Part shown: positions 18,054-27,032 of the stretch, piece by piece | How positions within the stretch are numbered: the stretch's first letter is position 1 | Layout: the number at the start of each line of letters is the position of its first letter | Assembly: GCA_021107855.1 (NCBI GenBank) | Contig: JAIORZ010000011.1 | Location: forward strand, 199,686-263,685 | DNA from: an archaeon | GTDB lineage: Archaea > Nanobdellota > Nanobdellia > Pacearchaeales > GW2011-AR1 | Direction of reading: 5' to 3' | DNA: 64,000 nt | Notes under the pieces: model-generated | What the model was told of the DNA's origin: nothing | The model's database searches: none | What the model saw: the letters and a program-made list of their open reading frames with translations, nothing else | Translations under genes and position numbers: made by a program

Positions 18054-18984
18054 ATTTATGCTCCTTTTGTTTAGTTGGGGTTGACTTTTTAGGTGGAATT
18101 GGTTTTTTGGTCAAAATTGGTTTTTTAATTGGAATTAACTTGCTTTGTATTTTTGGTCTTCTTGTTGTGTTGATTCTTTTCTTGTATTGTTTTTTGAGTT
18201 GTGGCCATTTTTCTTCTAGTGACTTTTCTTCTGATTGGTAAATTACGCCTATTGGTATTTTTCCGGATTTTGAGTTATAGTCGAATTCGTCTGCTAGTCT
18301 TTCTGCTTTTTTTAGGTCCTCGTTATCTTGAATTTTGTGCATTAGGTTGTCTTTGCTGTTTGTTTCTATGTTGAAGACGAGGCAGTCTTGGATTATTTCG
18401 ACGAATGAGAAGCCGTTGTGGTTTATTGCTTTTGTGAGTGTTTCGACCATGTGAGGGGTGTCTTTGGCTGAGGTTCTCGCTACGAATGTCGCGTTTGAGG
18501 CTAGGGCGAGTTTTATCGGGTTGAATGGTCGGTCGAATGTTCCGAGGGGTGAGGCTTTTGAGATATAGCCTTGTTGTGAAGTTGGGGTTGGTTGTCCGGT
18601 TGTTAGGGAGAAGGATTGGTTGTCGTGGAGGACGAGGGTCATGTTGGCGTTATATTTGAATGCGTGGATGAAATGTGCCATTCCTTCTGAATACATTGCT
18701 CCGTCTCCTACGAAGGCCAGGACTTTTAGGTTTGGGTTTCCGAGTTTCATTCCGATTGCTGTTGGAAGGGCTCGTCCGTGGAGGCAATAGATTCCGGAGA
18801 GGTTTAGGTAGTCGAAGATTTTTGCGTGGCATCCGATGTCGGTTGTTATTGCGAAATCTTTTTGTGTATATTTTTTGTGTTTGATGAAATTTGTGATGGT
18901 TTCTTTTGTCGCGGCTAGAATCATGTGGTTTGGACAGCCAGGGCACCAGGTGATTTCGGATTTTGTGTCTAGGTTTATTTTCAT
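18007..18984 (-). CDS. korB: 2-oxoacid:ferredoxin oxidoreductase, beta subunit
   Basis: Start MKINLDTKSEITWCPGCPNH (ATG 18984..18982). TPP-binding FVGDGAMYSEG. A K/P-rich C-terminal tail runs to the first stop. The ORF track's longer N-terminus lies inside the upstream gene. Confidence 0.8.
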   Translation of the reverse strand: MKINLDTKSEITWCPGCPNHMILAATKETITNFIKHKKYTQKDFAITTDIGCHAKIFDYLNLSGIYCLHGRALPTAIGMKLGNPNLKVLAFVGDGAMYSEGMAHFIHAFKYNANMTLVLHDNQSFSLTTGQPTPTSQQGYISKASPLGTFDRPFNPIKLALASNATFVARTSAKDTPHMVETLTKAINHNGFSFVEIIQDCLVFNIETNSKDNLMHKIQDNEDLKKAERLADEFDYNSKSGKIPIGVIYQSEEKSLEEKWPQLKKQYKKRINTTRRPKIQSKLIPIKKPILTKKPIPPKKSTPTKQKEHKYGKKSKEKSSKKSNT

Positions 18985-19550
18985 TTTGATATTATATTGT
19001 AAAGGTATATAGGGAAGCCAATTAAAATTGACCAGCCTAGTATTACTACTATATTTATGTTTAATATGTTTAGTGATGTGAAGGGGATTGTGTATACCCA
19101 ATCTGTTGAGAAGAGATTTGGTATTTCCCAGATAATTATTCCTAATATCATTGATAGAACGAATGCGTATGTTTTATTTATACGAAGTTTGATTGATTCG
19201 AACATTTCTCTGAAGGAAAAGAGGATAAATGGATAAAATAATAGTATTGCTAGTTCCATTGGAATGCTGTTTATATTTGGGTAGTCCCATAAATTTAATA
19301 TGAATCTCCCCACTATTTCTATTGTAGCACCTAGTAGAAACATTAATAGATATAGATTGAAGAACTTTATCTTGTCTTTTTTTAGTATTTGTAGAGTTGT
19401 GTTTTTATTTTTTTGGCTAGAAAGAGTATCAAATATTAGCCATATACCGATTGTTGCTGTGAAATACCAGTTGTTTATTTTATAGAATGCTGCCGCTATT
19501 GATGGAATTGCTATCAGTAGTCCTATGATGAATGTTGTTTTGTTTTTCAT
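18981..19550 (-). CDS. polytopic membrane protein inserted between korA and korB
   Basis: Start MKNKTTFIIGLL (ATG 19550..19548); 189 aa; about 5 TM helices. ATGA overlaps with both the korA stop and the korB start. Confidence 0.65.
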   Translation of the reverse strand: MKNKTTFIIGLLIAIPSIAAAFYKINNWYFTATIGIWLIFDTLSSQKNKNTTLQILKKDKIKFFNLYLLMFLLGATIEIVGRFILNLWDYPNINSIPMELAILLFYPFILFSFREMFESIKLRINKTYAFVLSMILGIIIWEIPNLFSTDWVYTIPFTSLNILNINIVVILGWSILIGFPIYLYNIISK

Positions 19551-21070
19551 ATTAAACTTTTGATTAGTCTGTTTAGTTCGTCGGTGTGGAATGGTCGTCC
19601 GTTGTATTTTAGGAGTCGGTTTCGGATTTCGATTCCGGTTTGCTCTCTGATTAATCTTCCAAGTTGCCCGGTGACGTTGCATTCTACTAGGATTACGTTA
19701 TCGGCGTTTTGTATTTCTTTTTTGATTTGTTGTGAAAGTGGTTTGCAGTATATAACTTGGAGGAATTTTGCGTCAAGGTTGTGAATCGCGTCTTTGATTG
19801 CTCCTGAGGTTGAACCCCAGCCGACAATTAGGTTTCTTGATTTTTTCTTTCCGTGGATTTTTATCATCTCGAAATTTTCTCTCACGTATTTTTGTATGTC
19901 ATTATATTTTTTTAGTCGATTGTCTGTATTTCGTTCTGTTAGTGTGTATGATTCTGTCGAGTTGCCGAATTTATCGGTTTCGTAGGAGGATTTTTTTACT
20001 ATGTTTTTTCCTGGGATTAGTCTTTTTATTTTGAAGTCTGGTGTTTTGTTGGGTTTGTTTATCGAGGAGAATTCCGATTCTGCTAAGTGTTTGTCGGAGA
20101 GGATTATTGAAAGTGTTTTGAATTTTTCTGCTAGGAATAATGCTTCGGAGGTTTTTTCGATTGCTTCTGTTGGGTTTCCTGGCGCTATTACTACTCTAGG
20201 TGCTTCTCCGTGGCCGGCTCTTAATGCTATGTCTAAATCTGATTGTGCGGTGTAAGTTGGGACGCCTGTCCCTGGTCCGGGACGTGAAGCTAGATATACC
20301 GTTAAGGGAATTTCGGATATTCCTTGGAGAGATAGAGTTTCTCCCATCAGGTCAAAGCCGCCACCGGAAGTTCCTGTCATTACTTTGGTTCCTGCGAATG
20401 AAGCTCCGAGCGCCATCGACGCTGCCGAGATTTCGTTTTCGGCTTGGAATACCATGAGGTTATTTTTGAGTTGGTCTTTCGCTAGTTCGTGCATTGCGTT
20501 TGTCGCTGGGGTCATTGGGTATGCGATGTAGAGTTGAAGTCTGGAGTTTATTGCGCCGATTGCGATTGCTTGGGAGCCTGCGAGTATCGTTGGGTGATTT
20601 TTTAGTTTTGGTAGCTCGTGAGATGTTCTGTAAGTTTTATATCCTTTTTCCGCTGCCTCTAATGCTTCGGTGGGTTTTTTGAATTGGGATTTGATTTCGC
20701 TTTCTAATGCTGAAAGTGGTATACCTAATATTTTTGTTAGTGCTCCTGCGAGTGCTACATTTATGTTTCGTCCTAGGTCTTTGAATTGGTCTCCAGTGAT
20801 TAGTATACCGTTTTTCTTTAGTGCTTGTTTGTGGGTTTTTATGCTTCGTTTATCCATAGCTACGAGAATGTCTGCGTGTGCGTCGTGTGATTCTATTAGT
20901 ATGTTGGAAACTGCTAGTGTGTTGAAATTGTGGCCACCTCGGATTAGGGACGCGTAGTCTCGGTAGTTGAATGTAAAGTATCCATGTTCACTTAGGACGT
21001 TTGAGAAAATTTGGGAGACCTTGTTTATTCCTTGTCCCGCCGCTCCGCCTATAATTATATTCAATTTCAT
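19547..21070 (-). CDS. korA: 2-oxoacid:ferredoxin oxidoreductase, alpha subunit (gamma-alpha fusion)
   Basis: 507 aa with an N-terminal gamma-like IIIGGAAGQG domain followed by an alpha domain (AYPMTPAT, GTSGGGF). Confidence 0.82.
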   Translation of the reverse strand: MKLNIIIGGAAGQGINKVSQIFSNVLSEHGYFTFNYRDYASLIRGGHNFNTLAVSNILIESHDAHADILVAMDKRSIKTHKQALKKNGILITGDQFKDLGRNINVALAGALTKILGIPLSALESEIKSQFKKPTEALEAAEKGYKTYRTSHELPKLKNHPTILAGSQAIAIGAINSRLQLYIAYPMTPATNAMHELAKDQLKNNLMVFQAENEISAASMALGASFAGTKVMTGTSGGGFDLMGETLSLQGISEIPLTVYLASRPGPGTGVPTYTAQSDLDIALRAGHGEAPRVVIAPGNPTEAIEKTSEALFLAEKFKTLSIILSDKHLAESEFSSINKPNKTPDFKIKRLIPGKNIVKKSSYETDKFGNSTESYTLTERNTDNRLKKYNDIQKYVRENFEMIKIHGKKKSRNLIVGWGSTSGAIKDAIHNLDAKFLQVIYCKPLSQQIKKEIQNADNVILVECNVTGQLGRLIREQTGIEIRNRLLKYNGRPFHTDELNRLIKSLI

Positions 21071-21142
21071 TAGGCTCCCTCTTTTAGAAAAAGAGGTTCC
21101 CTGGAATCAGAAAACTTATTTTCCAAAACTACGTTTTGATTT
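21071..21142 (+). repeat. 72-nt repeat element, copy 3 (between acs stop and korA start)
   Basis: Identical to 5422..5493 except one position (CTTATTTTCC vs CTTAGTTTCC). Confidence 0.85.
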
Positions 21143-21151
21143 GTCGCCATA

Positions 21152-23086
21152 TTAAGAATTTTCGTTGATTATTGTTTTTATTTTGTCGACGGATGTTGGG
21201 TTTACAAGGGTCATCAATCCTTCTGGTTTTTCTTTAATTAAGAGAGCTTTTAGGATTCGTCGCATGATTTTTCCGGATCTTGTTTTTGGTAGGTCTGGTA
21301 CGAAGAAGATTCTTGCAGGTCTTGCTGTTGGTCCAATTTTTATGTCTACATGTTTTCTTAGTTTTTGTTCTAGTTTTTTGGATGGCTCCCCTCTTTTTAA
21401 TACGACGAATGCGATTGGGACTTGTCCTCTTATTTTATCTGGCATTGGTACGACTGCCACGTCGCTGACCTTTCTATTGTCGTGGATTGCGTTTTCTACT
21501 TCTGCTGTTGCAAGTCTGTGTCCTGCTACTTTCATTACATCGTCGGTTCTTCCCGTGATTCGTACTAGTCCGTCTTGAAGGTAGGCTCCGTCGGATGTGT
21601 CGTACATGGTTTTAAATTTTTTCCAATATGTATCTACATATTTTTTGTGATTATTGAATACGCCGTGAAGCATTCCTGGCGCGAATGGACTTTTTTGTGC
21701 GAGGAATCCCTGTCTTCCTTTCGGCATCGGCTTTCCTTTGTTGTCGACTATTACGTGCTTGATTCCTGGGAAACTTTTTCCTGATACTGTTGGAACGAAT
21801 GGTCCGATTCCTGGGATTGTATTAATGAGAGTTCCGCCTGTTTCGGTTTGCCACCATGTGTCGATTATTGGGCAACGTGAGCCTCCGATGGTTTTGAAAT
21901 ACCACATCCATGTTTCTTTATCTATCGGTTCGCCCACGGTTCCTAGGATTTTTAGTGAGGAGAGGTCGTGTTTTGTAATCCATTTTTGTTGGATTTTCAT
22001 GAACATTCTGATGGCTGTCGGTGCGGTGTAGAAGACGTTTACTTTGTGGTCTTGGATTATTTTCCACCATCGTCCTGGATTTGGGAAATCCGGTCCGCCT
22101 TCGTAGATTAGTGTCGTTGCGCCTGTTAGTAGCGGTCCGTACATTGCGTAGGTGTGTCCTGTTATCCAGCCTATGTCTGCTGTGCACCACATTACGTCTT
22201 CGGGGTGTAGGTCGAAATTCCATTTGCATGTCCAGTAGGCTTGTGTCGCGTATCCTCCAGTGTCGTGGATTACGCCTTTTGGTTTTCCTGTTGTTCCGGA
22301 TGTGTAGAGCAGAAACATTGTGTCTTCGGAGTTCATCATTTCGGGTTCGCAATGAGATGGCGCTTTTTCTAATTCCTCGTCGAAGTTTAGGAACTTTCCT
22401 CCTTTGACTTTTTTACCAATTCTATTTACCACAATTATTTTTTTTATGGTTGTTCTCCTGGTTGCTTTTTTTGCTTTTTTCAAGAGGTCTTCTGGTTTTC
22501 CTCTTCGATAATATCCATCGGATGTGATTAGGATTTTCGCTTTACCGTCTTGGATTCTTGCTTTTAATGCATCTGCGGAGAATGCGGAGAATACGACGGA
22601 ATGGATTGCGCCTATCCTTGTGCATGCTAGCATTGCGATTAGGGCTTGCGGTATCATTGGTAGGTAGATTGAGACTACGTCGCCTTTTTTTACTCCGTTT
22701 GCTTTTAGGACGTTGGCGAATTTGTTGATTTTGTCGTAGAGTTCCGCGTATGAGAATTTGATTGGTTTTTCGTTGTTTGGTTCGGGCACCCAGATTAGTG
22801 CGGTTTTGTTTGGGTCGTGTAAATGTCTATCGACGCAGTTTACGGAAAAGTTTAGCTTGCCGCCTTTGAACCATTGGAAGTATGGAAGTTTTTCGGTATA
22901 AGGCTTGTCCCATTCTTTGTCCCATGTTAGACCTTCCCTCGCGAGATTCTCCCAGAATTTGATTGGGTCTTTCGCGGCTTTGTCATAGATTTTTGTATCG
23001 GTTATGTTGGCGATTTTTTTTAGTTCTTCACTAGGGTAGAATTTGTTGTTTTTTCTGACTACGTATTTTATGCCTCTTTTTTTCAT
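21152..23086 (-). CDS. acs: acetyl-CoA synthetase (AMP-forming)
   Basis: 644 aa with AMP-binding motif YTSGTTGKPKG, WWQTETGG, and C-terminal PKTRSGKIMRR. Confidence 0.92.
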   Translation of the reverse strand: MKKRGIKYVVRKNNKFYPSEELKKIANITDTKIYDKAAKDPIKFWENLAREGLTWDKEWDKPYTEKLPYFQWFKGGKLNFSVNCVDRHLHDPNKTALIWVPEPNNEKPIKFSYAELYDKINKFANVLKANGVKKGDVVSIYLPMIPQALIAMLACTRIGAIHSVVFSAFSADALKARIQDGKAKILITSDGYYRRGKPEDLLKKAKKATRRTTIKKIIVVNRIGKKVKGGKFLNFDEELEKAPSHCEPEMMNSEDTMFLLYTSGTTGKPKGVIHDTGGYATQAYWTCKWNFDLHPEDVMWCTADIGWITGHTYAMYGPLLTGATTLIYEGGPDFPNPGRWWKIIQDHKVNVFYTAPTAIRMFMKIQQKWITKHDLSSLKILGTVGEPIDKETWMWYFKTIGGSRCPIIDTWWQTETGGTLINTIPGIGPFVPTVSGKSFPGIKHVIVDNKGKPMPKGRQGFLAQKSPFAPGMLHGVFNNHKKYVDTYWKKFKTMYDTSDGAYLQDGLVRITGRTDDVMKVAGHRLATAEVENAIHDNRKVSDVAVVPMPDKIRGQVPIAFVVLKRGEPSKKLEQKLRKHVDIKIGPTARPARIFFVPDLPKTRSGKIMRRILKALLIKEKPEGLMTLVNPTSVDKIKTIINENS

Positions 23087-23182
23087 TTATGTAGTTCAGC
23101 TAATGCTGTATCACCTGATAGTTATTGTTGGTTTGTCTTTATAAGTTTTTGTGAGAATAAAATTTTTTAAAATAGAAAAATA

Positions 23183-23488
23183 TTACATTAATCCTTGTTC
23201 GTCGATTCCTGATTCGTCATTGTCGATTCGTTCTTCGATGTTCTGAGTATCTTGTTGTTTTTCTGATTTTTGTGTTGAAAGGTCGTTTGGGTCAATTGAG
23301 TTGATTATTTTTTTGAAGTCTTCGAATTTTTCTGCTTTGATTCTGACGCCAGCTTTTGTGAATCCTGTGTATCGTTCGGATTTTACGAATTCTCGAATTG
23401 TTAATCCGGGTTGTCCGCCGAAGTCGTCGATTCGTATTATTATTTTTGTTTCTTCGTTTTTTTGTATTTCCCCAATATCTTTTTCCAT
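23183..23488 (-). CDS. PC4/YdbC-like ssDNA-binding protein
   Basis: 101 aa. IRIDDFGGQPGLTIREFVKSERYTGFTKAGVRI..EKFEDFKKII matches the PC4 C-terminal domain pattern. Acidic tail. Confidence 0.5.
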   Translation of the reverse strand: MEKDIGEIQKNEETKIIIRIDDFGGQPGLTIREFVKSERYTGFTKAGVRIKAEKFEDFKKIINSIDPNDLSTQKSEKQQDTQNIEERIDNDESGIDEQGLM

Positions 23489-23592
23489 GAATATGTTTTG
23501 CGTTGTCTGTTTATAATATTTTGTATGGTGTAAACAAAAAGGAGGTTAATTAGTAGAAGCCAAACGTTTAATTCCGGAGGAAAGAGTATAAA

Positions 23593-23624
23593 GGAGAGTA
23601 ATGATTTTTACTTCATTACTCTCC
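23593..23624. other. perfect 12-bp hairpin in an unassigned non-coding region
   Basis: GGAGAGTAATGA (23593..23604) pairs with TCATTACTCTCC (23613..23624) around an 8-nt loop. Flanked by direct repeats GAAGCCAAA at 23556..23564 and 23634..23642. Confidence 0.6.
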
Positions 23625-23782
23625 AATTTGACCGAAGCCAAATATTCAATTTAAATAAAATCAACCGAAGTTGACAGGATGTAAATTGAACAAATATGGA
23701 TGGTTATCGAGGGTTATAAAGTTTTCTTACTATTGTTTAGGTGTTGCAAAGGGTCCCATATTTTTTATTGTTAGATAGAGTT

Positions 23783-24040
23783 GTAGGCCGGCAAGAGCTC
23801 AAATTCATAACAACAGAGGTCATCAATTTTTCTCAGTTTCGCAACCCTCTAAGCACCTAAACCTTAACTTAGGGCTGCTTCATTCCTGACCTGACCCAAT
23901 TCATCAAGGCAAGATCAAAAAGGACGAAACCTCAACGTCAAACCGATAACGTGTGAAACTTCATATCACTTGCTTGCCTTGCAGTTCGCCATAAAGCCCA
24001 TTTGCGTTACAGCGTGGGGCTAGCACGCCAACCTGCCTAC
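23783..24040 (-). ncRNA. SRP (7S) RNA
   Basis: The minus strand reads GGGTCAGGTCAGGAATGAAGCAGCCC, the universally conserved helix-8 (domain IV) motif. 5' GTAGGC pairs with 3' GCCTAC. Alu-domain-like GCGTGCTAGCCCCACGC/GTAAC hairpins are present. Base composition is balanced, unlike the coding DNA. TATA-like CTTTTAAAG lies about 25 nt upstream. Confidence 0.8.
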
Positions 24041-24146
24041 AGAGAAAAACAGAGAAAAACCTTTAAAAGAGTTGGCATTCTCCAAATTACATGCTCACAT
24101 CGCATAAAGTAACATTCAAAATGTTTCATGAATGCAGTGTTCAGAA

Positions 24147-24227
24147 GCTCACATCGCATAATGGTATTGCACCGCCCTGCTAAGGCGGACCCTTCGGGGT
24201 ACCCAGGTTCGATTCCTGGTGTGAGCG
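24147..24227 (+). tRNA. tRNA-Ser (GCU)
   Basis: Acceptor GCTCACA/TGTGAGC, anticodon stem CCGCC/GGCGG, loop CTGCTAA, long variable arm ACCCTTCGGGGTAC, T arm CCAGG-TTCGATT-CCTGG. Confidence 0.88.
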
Positions 24228-24235
24228 TTACAGAA

Positions 24236-24262
24236 TTTCGCTAGTTTTATAAAGTTGTTGGG
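24236..24262 (+). promoter_or_regulatory. pilin promoter/5' region, copy 1 (TATA TTTTATAAA)
   Basis: The 27 nt TTTCGCTAGTTTTATAAAGTTGTTGGG are identical to 24918..24944. The ATG follows about 29 nt after the TATA. Confidence 0.6.
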
Positions 24263-24274
24263 TTTTTGTTTGGA

Positions 24275-24916
24275 ATGAGAAAGAGTGATATCGTAGATGT
24301 TTCATTTGTCAATCCTAATAATAGAATTAACAAGAGGGCGCAGTTTTTTTTGTTGGCGGCTGTGATAATTTCGTCGGTTGTGATTAGTTTGGGGATGACT
24401 GGGAATCGGGCGATTGTGAATGAGGAACCGGAGGATATTTACAGTTTTGGTTATGAGGTGAAGAAGGAGGCGGGGGCGATTTTGAATTATGGGGTCTATA
24501 CGAATTTTAGCGAGGGTGTGAATTTGTCGGAGTTCGTGGATTCGTTGGCTGAGGAGATTGAGGAGAGGAGTCCGGGGTCGGATTTTATTTTTATTTATGG
24601 GACTCGTGGGAATATGACATTGAAGAATTATGGGTCGGAGAGTATCTATATGGATAGGATAGAGATTAAGGGAAGAAAGGGTGTTACTAGTAGGATTTGT
24701 CTTAATCATTTGTGTCAGTATGTCGACGAGAATATTACGAATTTTGCGGATATAAACACGACTACTGCTCCTATAGATCCTACTAGGACCACAAGTGATG
24801 ATGTTTTAGTTGAGATTGAGGGGAATGAGTATACGTTTCCTTTGACGGATTATAGGCAGGTGATTTTTGTGTTGCAGAAAGAGGTCGGGGGAGATAGATA
24901 TATTATAGTTGAGTAG
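24275..24916 (+). CDS. pilin-like protein with class III-type signal
   Basis: N-terminal ..NKRAQFFLLAAVIISSVVISLG (basic residues, then a hydrophobic helix). First ATG at 24275. Confidence 0.6.
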   Translation: MRKSDIVDVSFVNPNNRINKRAQFFLLAAVIISSVVISLGMTGNRAIVNEEPEDIYSFGYEVKKEAGAILNYGVYTNFSEGVNLSEFVDSLAEEIEERSPGSDFIFIYGTRGNMTLKNYGSESIYMDRIEIKGRKGVTSRICLNHLCQYVDENITNFADINTTTAPIDPTRTTSDDVLVEIEGNEYTFPLTDYRQVIFVLQKEVGGDRYIIVE

Positions 24917-24917
24917 G

Positions 24918-24944
24918 TTTCGCTAGTTTTATAAAGTTGTTGGG
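24918..24944 (+). promoter_or_regulatory. pilin promoter/5' region, copy 2
   Basis: Identical 27-mer to 24236..24262. Similarity continues to the ATG at 24957. Confidence 0.6.
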
Positions 24945-24956
24945 GTTTTGTTGGGG

Positions 24957-25427
24957 ATGAGTGGGATTAAGAAGAGGGGGCTTAGTAATTTGGTCGCGTA
25001 TGTTTTGTTGATTACGATTACGATTTCTCTTTCAGTGTTTGTTTATGGATGGTTGAAAACTTATGTCAGTGGAGAGGAGGTTGAGACGTGTCCCAGTAAT
25101 GTGAATATAATTATTAGTGGTTATGAGTGTGTTTCGGGTGTTAGTGGGAATTTGAGTGTGAAGTTGAAGAATAAGGGGTTGTTTAATGTGGATGGGTATG
25201 TGCTTCGGGTTCATGACCGTTTGGATGCTGAGTTTGGATTTTTTGTCTTGGATAATACTGGGGCGGCTATTGCGCCGGGGGATGAGATTAATATTACCTA
25301 TAATTTTACGGATTATCCCGGAGAGCCCTTGACTGACGTAACGTTTATTGAGGTTCAGCTGTTTATTTTGGAAGATGGCAGGGTTGCTTGTGAGACTCAT
25401 GCTTCTCAGAAGGCTGTTTGTAGTTGA
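24957..25427 (+). CDS. archaeal type IV pilin (class III signal peptide)
   Basis: MSGIKKRG|LSNLVAYVLLITITISLSVFVY matches the archaeal Pilin_N pattern. Confidence 0.7.
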   Translation: MSGIKKRGLSNLVAYVLLITITISLSVFVYGWLKTYVSGEEVETCPSNVNIIISGYECVSGVSGNLSVKLKNKGLFNVDGYVLRVHDRLDAEFGFFVLDNTGAAIAPGDEINITYNFTDYPGEPLTDVTFIEVQLFILEDGRVACETHASQKAVCS

Positions 25428-25430
25428 GGA

Positions 25431-26954
25431 TTATGCTAGTCCGTATTTTTTTAAAACTACTTGTGGAGTTTTCGCGTAATCATTAATTACTCTTTGGACA
25501 TCTTCGTAGCTTAGGACTTTGTTTTGAAACAGTGCGTAGATTAGTCGCGTTCTGGTTTCGAATTCTTTTTGTAATGCTTCTTTGCTTAGTCCGTATTTTT
25601 CTCCAATTTTATCGAAAAGTTTGCTTCCGGTTGCATAGTAAAATTTATCATCGGCTGGGTTCCATTTGAGCGGTGTGTTTGTGACTGCGGTTCCTTTTTC
25701 GTCGATGCTTACGACTTCGACGACCTCTCGTAATCGTCGGGTTTCTTTTCCTTCTACAACTGCATGTGTCATAATCGCCATGATATCTAATCCGTTAACG
25801 AGCATTGGGCTGAGGTTGATAGGTGGGGTCATTAGTCTACGGGTAATTGAATCAACCGAGTCACCGTGCATTGTGGAAATTGAAGCATGTCCCGAGGCCA
25901 TTCCTTGGAATAAAACGCTTGCCTCTTCGCCTCGCACTTCACCTACAATTACGTAGTCTGGATTCTGTCTGAAAGAGGCTTTTAGTAGACTAAACATGTC
26001 GACGTTTCCGACGCCTGCGCTTGAGACCCCAGACCGGACTACAGATGGTAGCCAGTTTTCTCTTGGTAGGTTTAGCTCTCGTGTGTCTTCGATTGAGACG
26101 ACTCTGTTTTCTTGTGGGATGAAAAATGCTAGGGCGTTTAGCAGGGTTGTTTTTCCTGACGCTGTTCCTCCGACGATCATTAGGTTGGATTGGTATTGTA
26201 GGGCTACCCAGAAGTAGGCTAACATTTCGGGGCTAAGTGTGTGGAAGCCGACTAGTTGTGTTGGGGTCCATGGTGTTTTTGTGAATTTACGGATAGTGAA
26301 GGTTGGACCTTTTGAGGAGATGTCTTGGGTGTATGTTGCGTTGACTCTTGACCCGTCTGGCAGGCTTCCGTCTAGAATTGGACTTGCGTAGGAGATGTAA
26401 CGTCCTGTTTTTTGTGCTAGTTTCTCGACGAAGCTTGATAGTTTTTCCATGTCGTTGAATTTTGTTGTTGTTTTGATGTTTCGGAATACTCGATGTACGA
26501 TATACATGTTCTCGCCCATGCCGTTACATTCTACATCTTCAATAAAATAATCTTTCATCATTGGTTCGATTTCATTTAATCCGACAAAATTTCTATATAA
26601 ATAATAAAACATTTTGTCATATGCTTCTTCGCTAGTTTTCATTCCTAATTCTGAAATAATCAGTTTTGCTGTTTTGTCTACATAATCCAGTAATGCTTCG
26701 ACGCTGTTGTCATCTCCAGTCATATTTACGTTTACAACTTCTCTCATCGCGGCTTCAATTCTGTCCAAATTTTTCTTATCTTCCTCGTTGAGCATCGGTT
26801 CTTCTAGGTCGTAAATTACTTCGCCGAGATTGGCATCGTAATAAATATGAACTGAAACGTATGGTGCAATAACCATATATCTCACGTCGATTTTTGTTTT
26901 ATCGTCAAATTTCGGAAGTGCCGGAACCTGTGGATTCAAATTTATTTTGGCCAT
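25431..26954 (-). CDS. type II/IV secretion-family (PilB/FlaI/VirB11-like) pilus assembly ATPase
   Basis: 507 aa with Walker A GGTASGKTT, Asp box SIEDTRELNLP, Walker B DYVIVGEVRGEEA and His box GHASISTMHG. Confidence 0.85.
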   Translation of the reverse strand: MAKINLNPQVPALPKFDDKTKIDVRYMVIAPYVSVHIYYDANLGEVIYDLEEPMLNEEDKKNLDRIEAAMREVVNVNMTGDDNSVEALLDYVDKTAKLIISELGMKTSEEAYDKMFYYLYRNFVGLNEIEPMMKDYFIEDVECNGMGENMYIVHRVFRNIKTTTKFNDMEKLSSFVEKLAQKTGRYISYASPILDGSLPDGSRVNATYTQDISSKGPTFTIRKFTKTPWTPTQLVGFHTLSPEMLAYFWVALQYQSNLMIVGGTASGKTTLLNALAFFIPQENRVVSIEDTRELNLPRENWLPSVVRSGVSSAGVGNVDMFSLLKASFRQNPDYVIVGEVRGEEASVLFQGMASGHASISTMHGDSVDSITRRLMTPPINLSPMLVNGLDIMAIMTHAVVEGKETRRLREVVEVVSIDEKGTAVTNTPLKWNPADDKFYYATGSKLFDKIGEKYGLSKEALQKEFETRTRLIYALFQNKVLSYEDVQRVINDYAKTPQVVLKKYGLA

Positions 26955-27032
26955 TATGAATTTATATCACCCATAACACATCCAAACAATTACATTATAT
27001 AAAACTATTTCTCAGAAAGTTGTTGGCTTGAT

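Noticed and set aside
24041-24060. Tandem AGAGAAAAAC x2 between the SRP RNA and its TATA box.
   Set aside because: It is only two units in the spacer between the TATA box and the SRP RNA 5' end (the presumed transcription start). It is most simply part of the promoter region, not a repeat array.
23489-24146. Search for RNase P RNA in the long non-coding region.
   Set aside because: Conserved RNase P blocks (GGAAAGUCC-type CR-I, ACAGAAA-type CR-IV in the proper context) were not found. The region 23783..24040 is better explained as SRP RNA because of its helix-8 motif.
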